Source of the DNA: Escherichia coli
GTDB taxonomy: Bacteria; Pseudomonadota; Gammaproteobacteria; Enterobacterales; Enterobacteriaceae
Direction: 5' to 3' (one strand)
Length of the DNA: 64,000 nucleotides
Assembly: GCF_003334385.1 (NCBI RefSeq)
Contig: NZ_QOWN01000026.1
Positions within the stretch are counted from its first letter, which is position 1, and every line of letters starts with the position of its first letter. The notes under the pieces are model-generated. The model was not told the DNA's origin. It saw only the letters and a list, made by a program, of their open reading frames with translations, and searched no databases. Made by a program: the position numbers and the translations under genes. This document shows, one piece after another, positions 47,531 to 60,786 of this stretch.

Positions 47531-47937
47531 GCCAGCTCGTCTACTTCTCCAGCAGCTCCGAAAACACGCAGCGTTTTATCGAACGTTTAGGTCTGCCCGC
47601 GGTGCGCATCCCGCTCAATGAGCGGGAACGGATTCAGGTAGACGAGCCTTACATCCTGATCGTGCCCTCTTACGGCGGCGGCGGTACGGCTGGCGCGGTG
47701 CCACGACAGGTAATTCGCTTTTTAAACGACGAGCACAACCGGGCGTTGCTTCGCGGCGTTATTGCTTCTGGTAATCGCAACTTTGGTGAGGCGTATGGCC
47801 GCGCCGGAGATGTGATTGCCCGGAAATGCGGCGTGCCGTGGCTGTACCGTTTTGAACTCATGGGTACGCAAAGCGATATCGAAAACGTTCGTAAAGGAGT
47901 AACCGAATTTTGGCAACGACAACCGCAGAATGCCTGA
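47527..47937 (+). CDS. nrdI: Flavodoxin-like protein NrdI
   Basis: 136-aa ORF; 4-nt overlap with nrdH. Confidence 0.95.
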
Positions 47938-50054
47938 CGCAGGAAACGATGGATTACCACGCGCTGAATGCGATGCTTAACCTCTACGATAGCGCAGGTC
48001 GCATTCAGTTCGATAAAGACCGCCAGGCCGTTGACGCCTTTATTGCGACGCATGTGCGTCCGAACAGTGTGACCTTCAGTAGCCAGCAGCAGCGCCTGAA
48101 CTGGCTGGTCAACGAAGGTTACTATGATGAAAGCGTTCTTAATCGCTACTCTCGCGACTTTGTCATTACGCTGTTTGCCCACGCACACACCAGCGGTTTT
48201 CGTTTCCAGACATTCCTCGGGGCATGGAAGTTTTACACCAGCTATACGTTGAAGACATTCGACGGTAAACGTTATCTGGAAGATTTTGCCGATCGAGTAA
48301 CGATGGTGGCGCTGACGCTGGCACAAGGCGATGAGACGCTGGCGTTGCAACTGACCGATGAAATGCTGTCAGGACGCTTTCAGCCAGCCACGCCAACATT
48401 CCTCAACTGCGGTAAGCAGCAGCGCGGCGAACTGGTTTCCTGTTTTTTGCTGCGTATTGAAGACAATATGGAGTCGATTGGTCGGGCGGTAAATTCCGCA
48501 CTGCAGCTGTCGAAACGCGGCGGCGGCGTAGCATTTTTGCTGTCGAATCTGCGAGAAGCGGGCGCGCCAATTAAACGTATTGAAAATCAATCTTCTGGCG
48601 TAATTCCGGTGATGAAAATGCTGGAAGACGCATTTTCCTATGCCAACCAACTCGGCGCTCGTCAGGGGGCTGGTGCAGTCTATTTACATGCTCATCATCC
48701 CGATATTCTGCGTTTTCTCGACACGAAACGGGAAAATGCCGACGAAAAAATCCGCATTAAAACACTGTCGCTTGGCGTGGTGATCCCGGATATCACTTTC
48801 CATCTGGCAAAAGAGAATGCGCAGATGGCGCTGTTTTCGCCTTATGACGTAGAGCGAGTTTATGGCAAGCCGTTTGCCGATGTGGCCATCAGCCAACACT
48901 ATGACGAACTGGTTGCCGATGAACGCATTCGCAAAAAATACCTCAACGCCCGTGATTTCTTCCAGCGACTGGCAGAAATCCAGTTTGAGTCCGGCTATCC
49001 CTACATCATGTATGAAGACACGGTAAACCGTGCTAACCCTATCGCCGGGCGCATAAATATGAGTAATCTCTGCTCAGAAATTTTGCAGGTTAACAGCGCC
49101 TCAGAGTATGACGAGAATCTCGACTATACCCGCACAGGCCATGATATTTCCTGCAATTTAGGTTCGTTGAATATTGCGCACACCATGGATTCCCCCGATT
49201 TTGCCCGCACGGTAGAGACTGCCGTGCGCGGTTTAACGGCAGTATCAGATATGAGTCATATCCGCAGCGTGCCGTCCATCGAAGCCGGAAATGCCGCCTC
49301 GCACGCCATCGGACTGGGGCAGATGAATTTACACGGCTATCTGGCGCGAGAAGGCATCGCTTATGGTTCGCCGGAAGCACTGGATTTCACCAATCTCTAT
49401 TTCTATGCCATCACCTGGCATGCACTGCGTACCTCGATGTTGCTGGCACGCGAACGCGGTGAAACCTTCGCCGGGTTCAAACAGTCACGCTATGCCAGTG
49501 GTGAATATTTTAGCCAATATCTGCAAGGGAACTGGCAGCCGAAAACGGCGAAAGTTGGCGAACTGTTTACCCGTAGCGGTATTACGTTACCTACCCGTGA
49601 GATGTGGGCGCAGCTGCGCGACGACGTGATGCGCTACGGCATATACAACCAGAATCTTCAGGCGGTGCCGCCAACCGGTTCTATCTCTTATATCAACCAT
49701 GCTACGTCGAGTATTCATCCGATTGTGGCGAAAGTAGAGATACGCAAAGAGGGCAAAACAGGACGCGTTTACTACCCTGCCCCGTTTATGACTAACGAGA
49801 ATCTGGCGCTGTATCAGGACGCTTACGAAATTGGCGCAGAAAAGATCATCGACACCTACGCGGAAGCGACTCGCCATGTCGATCAGGGGCTGTCGCTGAC
49901 GCTTTTTTTCCCCGATACCGCCACCACTCGCGATATCAACAAAGCGCAGATTTACGCCTGGCGCAAGGGTATCAAAACGCTCTATTACATCCGCCTGCGT
50001 CAGATGGCGCTGGAAGGCACTGAAATTGAAGGCTGCGTCTCCTGTGCACTTTAA
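47910..50054 (+). CDS. nrdE: Class Ib ribonucleotide reductase alpha subunit
   Basis: 714-aa ORF; 28-nt overlap with nrdI. Confidence 0.97.
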
Positions 50055-51023
<969 letters not shown>

Positions 51024-51281
51024 GGGTGTTATTTTCAAAAATATCACTACCCGCAGCAGGGAAATAATTCCCGCCAAATAGCTTTTTATCACGCAAATAA
51101 TTTGTGGTGATCTACACTGATACTCTGTTGCATTATTCGCCTGAAACCACAATATTCAGGCGTTTTTTCGCTATCTTTGACAAAAAATATCAACTTTCTC
51201 GATTTGCTCTCAGCCCTTATATCACGGGAAATTCCGGCGATTTGCTCGCATCAATATTCATGCCACATTTGCCATCAGGGG

Positions 51282-51309
51282 TTGCCTCAGATTCTCAGTA
51301 TGTTAGGGT
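51282..51309 (+). promoter_or_regulatory. proU osmoregulated sigma70 promoter (P2)
   Basis: TTGCCT (51282-51287), 16-bp spacer, TAGGGT (51304-51309), about 70 nt upstream of the proV ATG. Confidence 0.65.
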
Positions 51310-51376
51310 AGAAAAAAGTGACTATTTCCATTGGGTAATATATCGACATAGACAAATAAAGGAATCTTTCTATTGC

Positions 51377-52579
51377 ATGGCAATTAAATTAGAAATTAAA
51401 AATCTTTATAAAATATTTGGCGAGCATCCACAGCGAGCGTTCAAATATATCGAACAAGGACTTTCAAAAGAACAAATTCTGGAAAAAACTGGGCTATCGC
51501 TTGGCGTAAAAGACGCCAGTCTGGCCATTGAAGAAGGCGAGATATTTGTCATCATGGGATTATCCGGCTCGGGTAAATCCACAATGGTACGCCTTCTCAA
51601 TCGCCTGATTGAACCCACCCGCGGGCAAGTGCTGATTGATGGTGTGGATATTGCCAAAATATCCGACGCCGAACTCCGTGAGGTGCGCAGAAAAAAGATT
51701 GCAATGGTCTTCCAGTCCTTTGCCTTAATGCCGCATATGACCGTGCTGGACAATACTGCGTTCGGTATGGAATTGGCCGGAATTAATGCCGAAGAACGCC
51801 GGGAAAAAGCCCTTGATGCACTGCGTCAGGTCGGGCTGGAAAATTATGCCCACAGCTACCCGGATGAACTCTCTGGCGGGATGCGTCAACGTGTGGGATT
51901 AGCCCGCGCGTTAGCGATTAATCCGGATATATTATTAATGGACGAAGCCTTCTCGGCGCTCGATCCATTAATTCGCACCGAGATGCAGGATGAGCTGGTA
52001 AAATTACAGGCGAAACATCAGCGCACCATTGTCTTTATTTCCCACGATCTTGATGAAGCCATGCGTATTGGCGACCGAATTGCCATTATGCAAAATGGTG
52101 AAGTGGTACAGGTCGGCACACCGGATGAAATTCTCAATAATCCGGCGAATGATTATGTCCGTACCTTCTTCCGTGGCGTTGATATTAGTCAGGTATTCAG
52201 TGCGAAAGATATTGCCCGCCGGACACCGAATGGCTTAATTCGTAAAACCCCTGGCTTCGGCCCACGTTCGGCACTGAAATTATTGCAGGATGAAGATCGC
52301 GAATATGGCTACGTTATCGAACGCGGTAATAAGTTTGTCGGCGCAGTCTCCATCGATTCGCTTAAAACCGCGTTAACGCAGCAGCAAGGTCTTGATGCGG
52401 CGCTGATTGATGCGCCGTTAGCAGTCGATGCACAAACGCCTCTTAGCGAGTTGCTCTCTCATGTCGGACAGGCACCCTGTGCGGTGCCCGTGGTCGACGA
52501 GGACCAACAGTATGTCGGCATCATTTCGAAAGGAATGCTGCTGCGCGCTTTAGATCGTGAGGGGGTAAATAATGGCTGA
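51377..52579 (+). CDS. proV: Glycine betaine/proline ABC transporter ATPase
   Basis: ORF 51104-52579; start placed at [15 protein letters not shown] (ATG 51377) to give 400 aa; Walker [10 protein letters not shown], tandem CBS domains. Confidence 0.95.
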   Translation: MAIKLEIKNLYKIFGEHPQRAFKYIEQGLSKEQILEKTGLSLGVKDASLAIEEGEIFVIMGLSGSGKSTMVRLLNRLIEPTRGQVLIDGVDIAKISDAELREVRRKKIAMVFQSFALMPHMTVLDNTAFGMELAGINAEERREKALDALRQVGLENYAHSYPDELSGGMRQRVGLARALAINPDILLMDEAFSALDPLIRTEMQDELVKLQAKHQRTIVFISHDLDEAMRIGDRIAIMQNGEVVQVGTPDEILNNPANDYVRTFFRGVDISQVFSAKDIARRTPNGLIRKTPGFGPRSALKLLQDEDREYGYVIERGNKFVGAVSIDSLKTALTQQQGLDAALIDAPLAVDAQTPLSELLSHVGQAPCAVPVVDEDQQYVGIISKGMLLRALDREGVNNG

Positions 52580-53636
52580 TCAAAATAATCCGTGGGATAC
52601 CACGCCAGCGGCGGACAGTGCCGCGCAATCCGCAGACGCCTGGGGTACACCGACGACTGCACCGACTGACGGCGGTGGTGCTGACTGGCTGACCAGTACG
52701 CCTGCGCCAAACGTCGAGCATTTTAATATTCTCGATCCGTTCCATAAAACGCTGATCCCGCTCGACAGTTGGGTCACTGAAGGGATCGACTGGGTCGTTA
52801 CCCATTTCCGTCCCGTCTTCCAGGGCGTGCGCGTTCCGGTTGATTATATCCTCAACGGTTTCCAGCAATTGCTGCTGGGTATGCCCGCACCGGTGGCGAT
52901 TATCGTTTTCGCTCTCATCGCCTGGCAGATTTCCGGGATCGGAATGGGTGTGGCGACGCTGGTTTCGCTGATTGCCATCGGCGCAATCGGTGCCTGGTCG
53001 CAGGCAATGGTGACTCTGGCGCTGGTGTTAACCGCCCTGCTGTTCTGTATCGTCATCGGTTTGCCGTTGGGGATATGGCTGGCGAGAAGTCCGCGAGCGG
53101 CGAAAATTATTCGTCCACTGCTTGATGCCATGCAGACCACGCCAGCGTTTGTTTATCTGGTGCCAATCGTCATGCTATTTGGTATCGGTAACGTGCCGGG
53201 CGTGGTGGTGACGATCATCTTTGCTCTGCCGCCGATTATCCGTCTGACCATTCTGGGGATTAACCAGGTTCCGGCGGATCTGATTGAAGCCTCGCGCTCA
53301 TTCGGTGCCAGCCCGCGCCAGATGCTGTTCAAAGTTCAGTTACCGCTGGCGATGCCGACCATTATGGCGGGCGTTAACCAGACGCTGATGCTGGCCCTTT
53401 CTATGGTGGTCATCGCCTCGATGATTGCCGTCGGCGGGTTGGGTCAGATGGTACTTCGCGGTATCGGTCGTCTGGATATGGGGCTTGCCACCGTTGGCGG
53501 CGTCGGGATTGTGATCCTCGCCATTATCCTCGATCGTCTGACGCAGGCCGTTGGGCGCGACTCACGCAGTCGCGGCAACCGTCGCTGGTACACCACTGGC
53601 CCTGTTGGTCTGCTGACCCGCCCATTCATTAAGTAA
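52572..53636 (+). CDS. proW: Glycine betaine/proline ABC transporter permease
   Basis: 354-aa ORF; 8-nt overlap with proV. Confidence 0.95.
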   Translation: MADQNNPWDTTPAADSAAQSADAWGTPTTAPTDGGGADWLTSTPAPNVEHFNILDPFHKTLIPLDSWVTEGIDWVVTHFRPVFQGVRVPVDYILNGFQQLLLGMPAPVAIIVFALIAWQISGIGMGVATLVSLIAIGAIGAWSQAMVTLALVLTALLFCIVIGLPLGIWLARSPRAAKIIRPLLDAMQTTPAFVYLVPIVMLFGIGNVPGVVVTIIFALPPIIRLTILGINQVPADLIEASRSFGASPRQMLFKVQLPLAMPTIMAGVNQTLMLALSMVVIASMIAVGGLGQMVLRGIGRLDMGLATVGGVGIVILAIILDRLTQAVGRDSRSRGNRRWYTTGPVGLLTRPFIK

Positions 53637-53693
53637 CTCTGCACTTGCCCGGTGACGCCGGGCATTATCACCCTGCCAAAAAAAGGAATAACA

Positions 53694-54686
53694 ATGCGAC
53701 ATAGCGTACTTTTTGCGACAGCGTTTGCCACGCTTATCTCTACACAAACTTTTGCTGCCGATCTGCCGGGCAAAGGCATTACTGTTAATCCAGTTCAGAG
53801 CACCATCACTGAAGAAACCTTCCAGACGCTGCTGGTCAGTCGTGCGCTGGAGAAATTAGGTTATACCGTCAACAAACCCAGCGAAGTAGATTACAACGTT
53901 GGCTACACCTCGCTTGCTTCCGGCGATGCAACCTTCACCGCCGTGAACTGGACGCCACTGCATGACAACATGTACGAAGCTGCCGGTGGCGATAAGAAAT
54001 TTTATCGTGAAGGGGTATTTGTTAACGGCGCGGCACAGGGTTACCTGATCGATAAGAAAACCGCCGACCAGTACAAAATCACCAACATCGCACAACTGAA
54101 AGATCCGAAGATCGCCAAACTGTTCGATACCAACGGCGACGGAAAAGCGGATTTAACCGGTTGTAACCCTGGCTGGGGCTGCGAAGGTGCGATCAACCAC
54201 CAGCTTGCCGCGTATGAACTGACCAACACCGTGACGCATAATCAGGGGAACTACGCAGCGATGATGGCCGACACCATCAGTCGCTACAAAGAGGGCAAAC
54301 CGGTGTTTTATTACACCTGGACGCCGTACTGGGTGAGTAACGAACTGAAGCCGGGCAAAGATGTCGTCTGGTTGCAGGTGCCGTTCTCCGCACTGCCGGG
54401 CGATAAAAACGCCGATACCAAACTGCCGAATGGTGCGAATTATGGCTTCCCGGTCAGCACCATGCATATCGTTGCCAACAAAGCCTGGGCCGAGAAAAAC
54501 CCGGCAGCAGCGAAACTGTTTGCCATTATGCAGTTGCCAGTGGCAGATATTAACGCCCAGAACGCCATTATGCATGACGGCAAAGCCTCAGAAGGCGATA
54601 TTCAGGGACACGTTGATGGTTGGATCAAAGCCCACCAGCAGCAGTTCGATGGCTGGGTGAATGAGGCGCTGGCAGCGCAGAAGTAA
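53694..54686 (+). CDS. proX: Glycine betaine/proline periplasmic binding protein
   Basis: ORF 53652-54686; start placed at [21 protein letters not shown] (signal peptide) to give 330 aa. Confidence 0.95.
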
Positions 54687-54694
54687 TTTTTATT

Positions 54695-54775
54695 CGGGCG
54701 GATAAGGCGTTTTTGCCGCATCCGCCGTTCTGTGCACAATGCCTGATGCGACGCTGGCGCGTCTTATCATGCCTA
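54695..54775. repeat. REP elements downstream of proX
   Basis: CGGGCGGATAAGGCGTTTTTGCCGCATCCGCC and GCCTGATGCGACGCTGGCGCGTCTTATCATGCCTAC are REP-type palindromes. Confidence 0.75.
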
Positions 54776-54877
54776 CAAACCACATCGCACATTTCAACAA
54801 TCTATCTTTCATCCCATATTCATCAACATCCGCTATTATTGATTTCCAGCTTAATCATCACCTGATGAACAAAAATA

Positions 54878-56062
54878 ATGACTAAACCTAATCATGAGCT
54901 TAGCCCGGCGCTGATCGTGCTGATGTCTATCGCCACCGGTCTGGCGGTAGCCAGTAACTATTACGCCCAGCCATTGCTCGACACCATCGCGCGTAACTTT
55001 TCCCTTTCCGCCAGTTCGGCAGGCTTTATTGTTACCGCCGCGCAGTTGGGCTATGCCGCAGGTCTACTGTTTCTTGTTCCCCTCGGTGATATGTTTGAAC
55101 GCCGCCGCCTGATTGTCTCGATGACCTTACTGGCGGCATGCGGCATGTTGATTACCGCCAGCAGTCAGTCGCTGGCGATGATGATCCTCGGTACGGCATT
55201 AACCGGTTTATTCTCAGTCGTGGCACAAATTCTGGTTCCGCTGGCAGCGACGCTGGCTTCACCGGATAAACGCGGCAAAGTGGTTGGCACTATTATGAGC
55301 GGTCTGCTGTTGGGGATCTTGCTGGCACGGACAGTTGCCGGATTGCTGGCGAATCTCGGCGGCTGGCGCACCGTCTTTTGGGTTGCTTCGGTGTTAATGG
55401 CACTGATGGCGCTGGCATTATGGCGTGGTCTGCCACAAATGAAATCAGAAACCCACCTCAACTACCCACAGTTGTTGGGTTCCGTTTTCAGTATGTTTAT
55501 CAGCGATAAAATTCTGCGTACCCGCGCGTTGCTGGGCTGCCTGACCTTTGCCAATTTCAGCATTCTCTGGACCTCAATGGCCTTTTTGCTTGCCGCTCCA
55601 CCTTTTAACTACAGCGATGGTGTCATTGGTCTGTTTGGACTTGCGGGAGCTGCCGGAGCGTTGGGCGCTCGTCCGGCGGGCGGTTTTGCCGATAAGGGCA
55701 AATCGCACCACACCACAACTTTCGGTCTGCTGCTGCTATTACTTTCATGGCTGGCGATCTGGTTTGGTCACACTTCCGTACTGGCGTTGATTATCGGAAT
55801 CCTGGTGCTGGATCTCACCGTGCAGGGCGTGCATATCACTAACCAGACGGTAATTTATCGGATACATCCTGATGCGCGCAATCGCCTGACCGCAGGTTAC
55901 ATGACTAGCTACTTTATTGGCGGTGCCGCCGGTTCGCTAATTTCAGCCTCAGCCTGGCAACATGGCGGTTGGGCTGGCGTTTGTCTGGCTGGCGCGACGA
56001 TTGCCCTGGTTAACTTACTGGTCTGGTGGCGAGGTTTTCATCGTCAGGAAGCCGCAAATTAA
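54878..56062 (+). CDS. ygaY: MFS transporter YgaY (intact)
   Basis: Uninterrupted 394-aa ORF with about 12 predicted TM helices. Confidence 0.85.
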   Translation: MTKPNHELSPALIVLMSIATGLAVASNYYAQPLLDTIARNFSLSASSAGFIVTAAQLGYAAGLLFLVPLGDMFERRRLIVSMTLLAACGMLITASSQSLAMMILGTALTGLFSVVAQILVPLAATLASPDKRGKVVGTIMSGLLLGILLARTVAGLLANLGGWRTVFWVASVLMALMALALWRGLPQMKSETHLNYPQLLGSVFSMFISDKILRTRALLGCLTFANFSILWTSMAFLLAAPPFNYSDGVIGLFGLAGAAGALGARPAGGFADKGKSHHTTTFGLLLLLLSWLAIWFGHTSVLALIIGILVLDLTVQGVHITNQTVIYRIHPDARNRLTAGYMTSYFIGGAAGSLISASAWQHGGWAGVCLAGATIALVNLLVWWRGFHRQEAAN

Positions 56063-56185
56063 GCAATCAGCAACCGTTTTCGTGGCTTTACACTTATAAG
56101 GGTGTTAAGAAGCCCATCAGTCTGATAAGGTTAAGATATTCATTCAGTCTATTTATAATATTAACAATCGTTAAGCGTACACTCT

Positions 56186-56923
56186 ATGGAAAGCCCTACT
56201 CCACAGCCTGCTCCTGGTTCGGCGACCTTCATGGAAGGATGCAAAGACAGTTTACCGATTGTTATTAGTTATATTCCGGTGGCCTTTGCGTTCGGTCTGA
56301 ATGCGACCCGTCTGGGATTCTCTCCTCTCGAAAGCGTTTTTTTCTCCTGCATCATTTATGCAGGCGCGAGCCAGTTCGTCATTACCGCGATGCTGGCAGC
56401 CGGGAGTAGTTTGTGGATTGCTGCACTGACCGTCATGGCAATGGATGTTCGCCATGTGTTGTATGGCCCGTCACTGCGTAGCCGTATTATTCAGCGTCTG
56501 CAAAAATCGAAAACCGCCCTGTGGGCGTTTGGCCTGACGGATGAGGTTTTTGCCGCCGCAACCGCAAAACTGGTACGCAATAATCGCCGCTGGAGCGAGA
56601 ACTGGATGATCGGCATTGCCTTCAGTTCATGGTCATCGTGGGTATTTGGTACGGTAATAGGGGCATTCTCCGGCAGCGGCTTGCTGCAAGGTTATCCCGC
56701 CGTTGAAGCTGCATTAGGTTTTATGCTTCCGGCACTCTTTATGAGTTTCCTGCTCGCCTCTTTCCAGCGCAAACAATCTCTTTGCGTTACCGCAGCGTTA
56801 GTTGGTGCCCTTGCAGGCGTAACGCTATTTTCTATTCCCGTCGCCATTCTGGCAGGCATTGTCTGTGGCTGCCTCACTGCGTTAATCCAGGCATTCTGGC
56901 AAGGAGCGCCCGATGAGCTATGA
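56186..56923 (+). CDS. ygaZ: AzlC-family branched-chain amino-acid (valine) exporter subunit
   Basis: 245-aa membrane ORF recognised as YgaZ. Confidence 0.9.
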
Positions 56924-57248
56924 GGTTCTGCTGCTTGGGTTACTAGTTGGCGTGGCGAATTATTGCTTCCGCTATTTGCCGCTGCGCCTGCGTGTGGGTA
57001 ATGCCCGCCCAACCAAACGTGGCGCGGTAGGTATTTTGCTCGACACCATTGGCATCGCCTCGATATGCGCTCTGCTGGTTGTCTCTACCGCACCAGAAGT
57101 GATGCACGATACACGCCGTTTCGTGCCCACGCTGGTCGGCTTCGCGGTACTGGGTGCCAGTTTCTATAAAACACGCAGCATTATCATCCCAACACTGCTT
57201 AGTGCGCTGGCCTATGGGCTCGCCTGGAAAGTGATGGCGATTATATAA
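56913..57248 (+). CDS. ygaH: AzlD-family exporter subunit
   Basis: 111-aa membrane ORF; 11-nt overlap with ygaZ. Confidence 0.9.
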
Positions 57249-57338
57249 CCCACAAGAATCATTTTTCTAAAACAATACATTTACTTTATTTGTCACTGTC
57301 GTTACTATATCGGCTGAAATTAATGAGGTCATACCCAA

Positions 57339-57869
57339 ATGGATAGTTCGTTTACGCCCATTGAACAAATGCTAAAATTTCGCGCCAGCCGCCACGAAGA
57401 TTTTCCTTATCAGGAGATCCTTCTGACTCGTCTTTGCATGCACATGCAAAGCAAGCTGCTGGAGAACCGCAATAAAATGCTGAAGGCTCAGGGGATTAAC
57501 GAGACGTTGTTTATGGCGTTGATTACGCTGGAGTCTCAGGAAAACCACAGTATTCAGCCTTCTGAATTAAGTTGTGCTCTTGGATCATCCCGTACCAACG
57601 CGACGCGTATTGCCGATGAACTGGAAAAACGCGGTTGGATCGAACGTCGTGAAAGCGATAACGATCGCCGCTGCCTGCATCTGCAATTAACGGAAAAAGG
57701 TCACGAGTTTTTGCGCGAGGTTTTACCACCGCAGCATAACTGCCTGCATCAACTCTGGTCCGCGCTCAGCACAACAGAAAAAGATCAGCTCGAGCAAATC
57801 ACCCGCAAATTGCTCTCCCGTCTCGACCAGATGGAACAAGACGGTGTGGTTCTCGAAGCGATGAGCTAA
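57339..57869 (+). CDS. mprA: MarR-family repressor MprA (EmrR)
   Basis: 176-aa ORF recognised as MprA/EmrR. Confidence 0.95.
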
Positions 57870-57916
57870 CGCGTCATCTCGCTCAAAAATCCAGATTTAT
57901 AAAAGAAAAAATGACT

Positions 57917-57945
57917 GGCCAGCATCGCAACATGCTGGCCTTTTT
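57917..57945 (+). terminator. Intrinsic-terminator-like hairpin between mprA and emrA
   Basis: Perfect 9-bp stem GGCCAGCAT / ATGCTGGCC with a 6-nt loop, followed by TTTTT. Confidence 0.55.
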
Positions 57946-57995
57946 GGCAAGCAGGTCGGCTCAGCCGATGAGTTAAGAAGATCGTGGAGAACAAT

Positions 57996-59168
57996 ATGAG
58001 CGCAAATGCGGAGACTCAAACCCCGCAGCAACCGGTAAAGAAGAGCGGCAAACGTAAGCGTCTGCTCCTCCTTCTCACCTTGCTCTTTATAATTATTGCC
58101 GTAGCGATAGGGATTTATTGGTTTTTGGTACTGCGTCACTTCGAAGAAACCGATGACGCATACGTGGCAGGGAATCAAATTCAAATTATGTCTCAGGTGT
58201 CTGGCAGCGTGACGAAAGTCTGGGCCGATAACACCGATTTTGTAAAAGAAGGCGACGTGCTGGTCACTCTCGACCCGACAGATGCTCGCCAGGCGTTTGA
58301 AAAAGCCAAAACTGCACTGGCTTCCAGCGTTCGCCAAACCCACCAGCTGATGATTAACAGCAAGCAGTTGCAGGCGAATATTGAGGTGCAGAAAATCGCC
58401 CTCGCGAAAGCACAAAGCGACTACAACCGCCGTGTGCCGCTGGGCAATGCCAACCTGATTGGTCGCGAAGAGCTGCAACACGCCCGCGACGCCGTCACCA
58501 GTGCCCAGGCGCAACTGGACGTCGCGATTCAACAATACAATGCCAATCAGGCGATGATTCTGGGGACTAAACTGGAAGATCAGCCAGCCGTGCAACAGGC
58601 TGCCACCGAAGTACGTAACGCCTGGCTGGCGCTGGAGCGTACTCGTATTATCAGTCCGATGACCGGTTATGTCTCCCGCCGCGCGGTACAGCCTGGGGCG
58701 CAAATTAGCCCAACGACGCCGCTGATGGCGGTCGTTCCAGCCACCAATATGTGGGTGGATGCCAACTTTAAAGAGACGCAGATTGCCAATATGCGTATCG
58801 GTCAGCCGGTCACTATCACCACGGATATTTACGGCGATGATGTGAAATACACCGGTAAAGTGGTTGGTCTGGATATGGGCACAGGTAGCGCGTTCTCACT
58901 GCTTCCAGCGCAAAATGCGACCGGTAACTGGATCAAAGTCGTTCAGCGTCTGCCTGTGCGTATCGAACTGGACCAGAAACAGCTGGAGCAATATCCGCTG
59001 CGTATCGGTTTGTCCACGCTGGTGAGCGTCAATACCACTAACCGTGACGGTCAGGTACTGGCAAATAAAGTACGTTCCACTCCGGTAGCGGTAAGCACCG
59101 CGCGTGAAATCAGCCTGGCACCTGTCAATAAACTGATCGACGATATCGTAAAAGCTAACGCTGGCTAA
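57996..59168 (+). CDS. emrA: Multidrug efflux membrane fusion protein EmrA
   Basis: ORF 57984-59168; start placed at MSANAETQTPQQ (ATG 57996) to give 390 aa. Confidence 0.95.
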   Translation: MSANAETQTPQQPVKKSGKRKRLLLLLTLLFIIIAVAIGIYWFLVLRHFEETDDAYVAGNQIQIMSQVSGSVTKVWADNTDFVKEGDVLVTLDPTDARQAFEKAKTALASSVRQTHQLMINSKQLQANIEVQKIALAKAQSDYNRRVPLGNANLIGREELQHARDAVTSAQAQLDVAIQQYNANQAMILGTKLEDQPAVQQAATEVRNAWLALERTRIISPMTGYVSRRAVQPGAQISPTTPLMAVVPATNMWVDANFKETQIANMRIGQPVTITTDIYGDDVKYTGKVVGLDMGTGSAFSLLPAQNATGNWIKVVQRLPVRIELDQKQLEQYPLRIGLSTLVSVNTTNRDGQVLANKVRSTPVAVSTAREISLAPVNKLIDDIVKANAG

Positions 59169-59184
59169 TCCAGAGGTGCGTGTG

Positions 59185-60723
59185 ATGCAACAGCAAAAAC
59201 CGCTGGAAGGCGCGCAACTGGTCATTATGACGATTGCGCTGTCACTGGCGACATTCATGCAGGTGCTGGACTCCACCATTGCTAACGTGGCGATCCCCAC
59301 TATCGCCGGGAATCTGGGCTCATCGCTCAGCCAGGGAACGTGGGTAATCACTTCTTTCGGGGTGGCGAATGCCATCTCGATCCCGCTTACCGGCTGGCTG
59401 GCAAAGCGCGTCGGGGAAGTGAAACTGTTCCTTTGGTCCACCATCGCCTTTGCTATTGCGTCGTGGGCGTGTGGTGTCTCCAGCAGCCTGAATATGCTGA
59501 TCTTCTTCCGCGTGATTCAGGGGATTGTCGCCGGGCCGTTGATCCCGCTTTCGCAAAGTCTATTGCTGAATAACTACCCGCCAGCCAAACGCTCGATCGC
59601 GCTGGCGTTGTGGTCGATGACGGTGATTGTCGCGCCAATTTGCGGCCCGATCCTCGGCGGTTATATCAGCGATAATTACCACTGGGGCTGGATATTCTTC
59701 ATCAACGTGCCGATTGGCGTGGCGGTGGTGTTGATGACACTGCAAACTCTGCGCGGACGTGAAACCCGCACCGAACGGCGGCGGATTGATGCCGTGGGGC
59801 TGGCACTGCTGGTTATTGGTATCGGCAGCCTGCAGATTATGCTCGACCGCGGTAAAGAGCTGGACTGGTTTTCATCACAGGAAATTATCATCCTTACCGT
59901 GGTGGCGGTGGTGGCTATCTGCTTCCTGATTGTCTGGGAGCTGACCGACGATAACCCGATAGTCGATCTGTCGTTGTTTAAGTCGCGCAACTTCACCATC
60001 GGCTGCTTGTGTATCAGCCTCGCGTATATGCTCTACTTCGGCGCTATTGTTCTGCTGCCGCAGTTGTTGCAGGAGGTCTACGGTTACACGGCGACCTGGG
60101 CAGGTTTGGCCTCTGCGCCGGTAGGGATTATTCCGGTGATCCTGTCGCCGATTATCGGCCGCTTCGCGCATAAACTGGATATGCGGCGGCTGGTAACCTT
60201 CAGCTTTATTATGTATGCCGTCTGCTTCTACTGGCGTGCCTATACCTTTGAACCAGGTATGGATTTTGGCGCGTCGGCCTGGCCGCAGTTTATCCAGGGG
60301 TTTGCGGTGGCCTGCTTCTTTATGCCGCTGACCACCATTACGCTGTCTGGTTTGCCACCGGAACGACTGGCGGCGGCATCGAGCCTCTCTAACTTTACGC
60401 GAACGCTGGCGGGGTCTATCGGCACGTCGATAACCACGACCATGTGGACCAACCGCGAGTCAATGCACCATGCGCAGTTGACTGAGTCGGTAAACCCGTT
60501 CAACCCGAATGCCCAGGCGATGTACAGTCAACTGGAAGGGCTTGGGATGACGCAACAGCAGGCATCAGGCTGGATTGCCCAGCAGATCACCAATCAGGGG
60601 CTGATTATTTCCGCCAATGAGATCTTCTGGATGTCAGCCGGGATATTCCTCATCCTGCTGGGGCTGGTGTGGTTTGCTAAACCGCCATTTGGCGCAGGTG
60701 GCGGCGGAGGCGGTGCGCACTAA
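59185..60723 (+). CDS. emrB: Multidrug efflux MFS pump EmrB
   Basis: ORF 59176-60723 (GTG); start placed at ATG 59185 (MQQQKPLEGAQ) to give 512 aa. Confidence 0.95.
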   Translation: MQQQKPLEGAQLVIMTIALSLATFMQVLDSTIANVAIPTIAGNLGSSLSQGTWVITSFGVANAISIPLTGWLAKRVGEVKLFLWSTIAFAIASWACGVSSSLNMLIFFRVIQGIVAGPLIPLSQSLLLNNYPPAKRSIALALWSMTVIVAPICGPILGGYISDNYHWGWIFFINVPIGVAVVLMTLQTLRGRETRTERRRIDAVGLALLVIGIGSLQIMLDRGKELDWFSSQEIIILTVVAVVAICFLIVWELTDDNPIVDLSLFKSRNFTIGCLCISLAYMLYFGAIVLLPQLLQEVYGYTATWAGLASAPVGIIPVILSPIIGRFAHKLDMRRLVTFSFIMYAVCFYWRAYTFEPGMDFGASAWPQFIQGFAVACFFMPLTTITLSGLPPERLAAASSLSNFTRTLAGSIGTSITTTMWTNRESMHHAQLTESVNPFNPNAQAMYSQLEGLGMTQQQASGWIAQQITNQGLIISANEIFWMSAGIFLILLGLVWFAKPPFGAGGGGGGAH

Positions 60724-60726
60724 GTA

Positions 60727-60762
60727 CAACTAAGCCAGTTCATTTGAACTGGCTTTTTTCAA
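60727..60762. terminator. Bidirectional terminator between emrB and luxS
   Basis: Palindrome AAGCCAGTTCA-TT-TGAACTGGCTT followed by a T-run. Confidence 0.75.
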
Positions 60763-60786
60763 TTAATTGTGAAGATAGTTTACTGA

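Noticed and set aside
47670-48350. 226-aa minus-strand ORF overlapping nrdI and nrdE
   Set aside because: Antisense shadow ORF.
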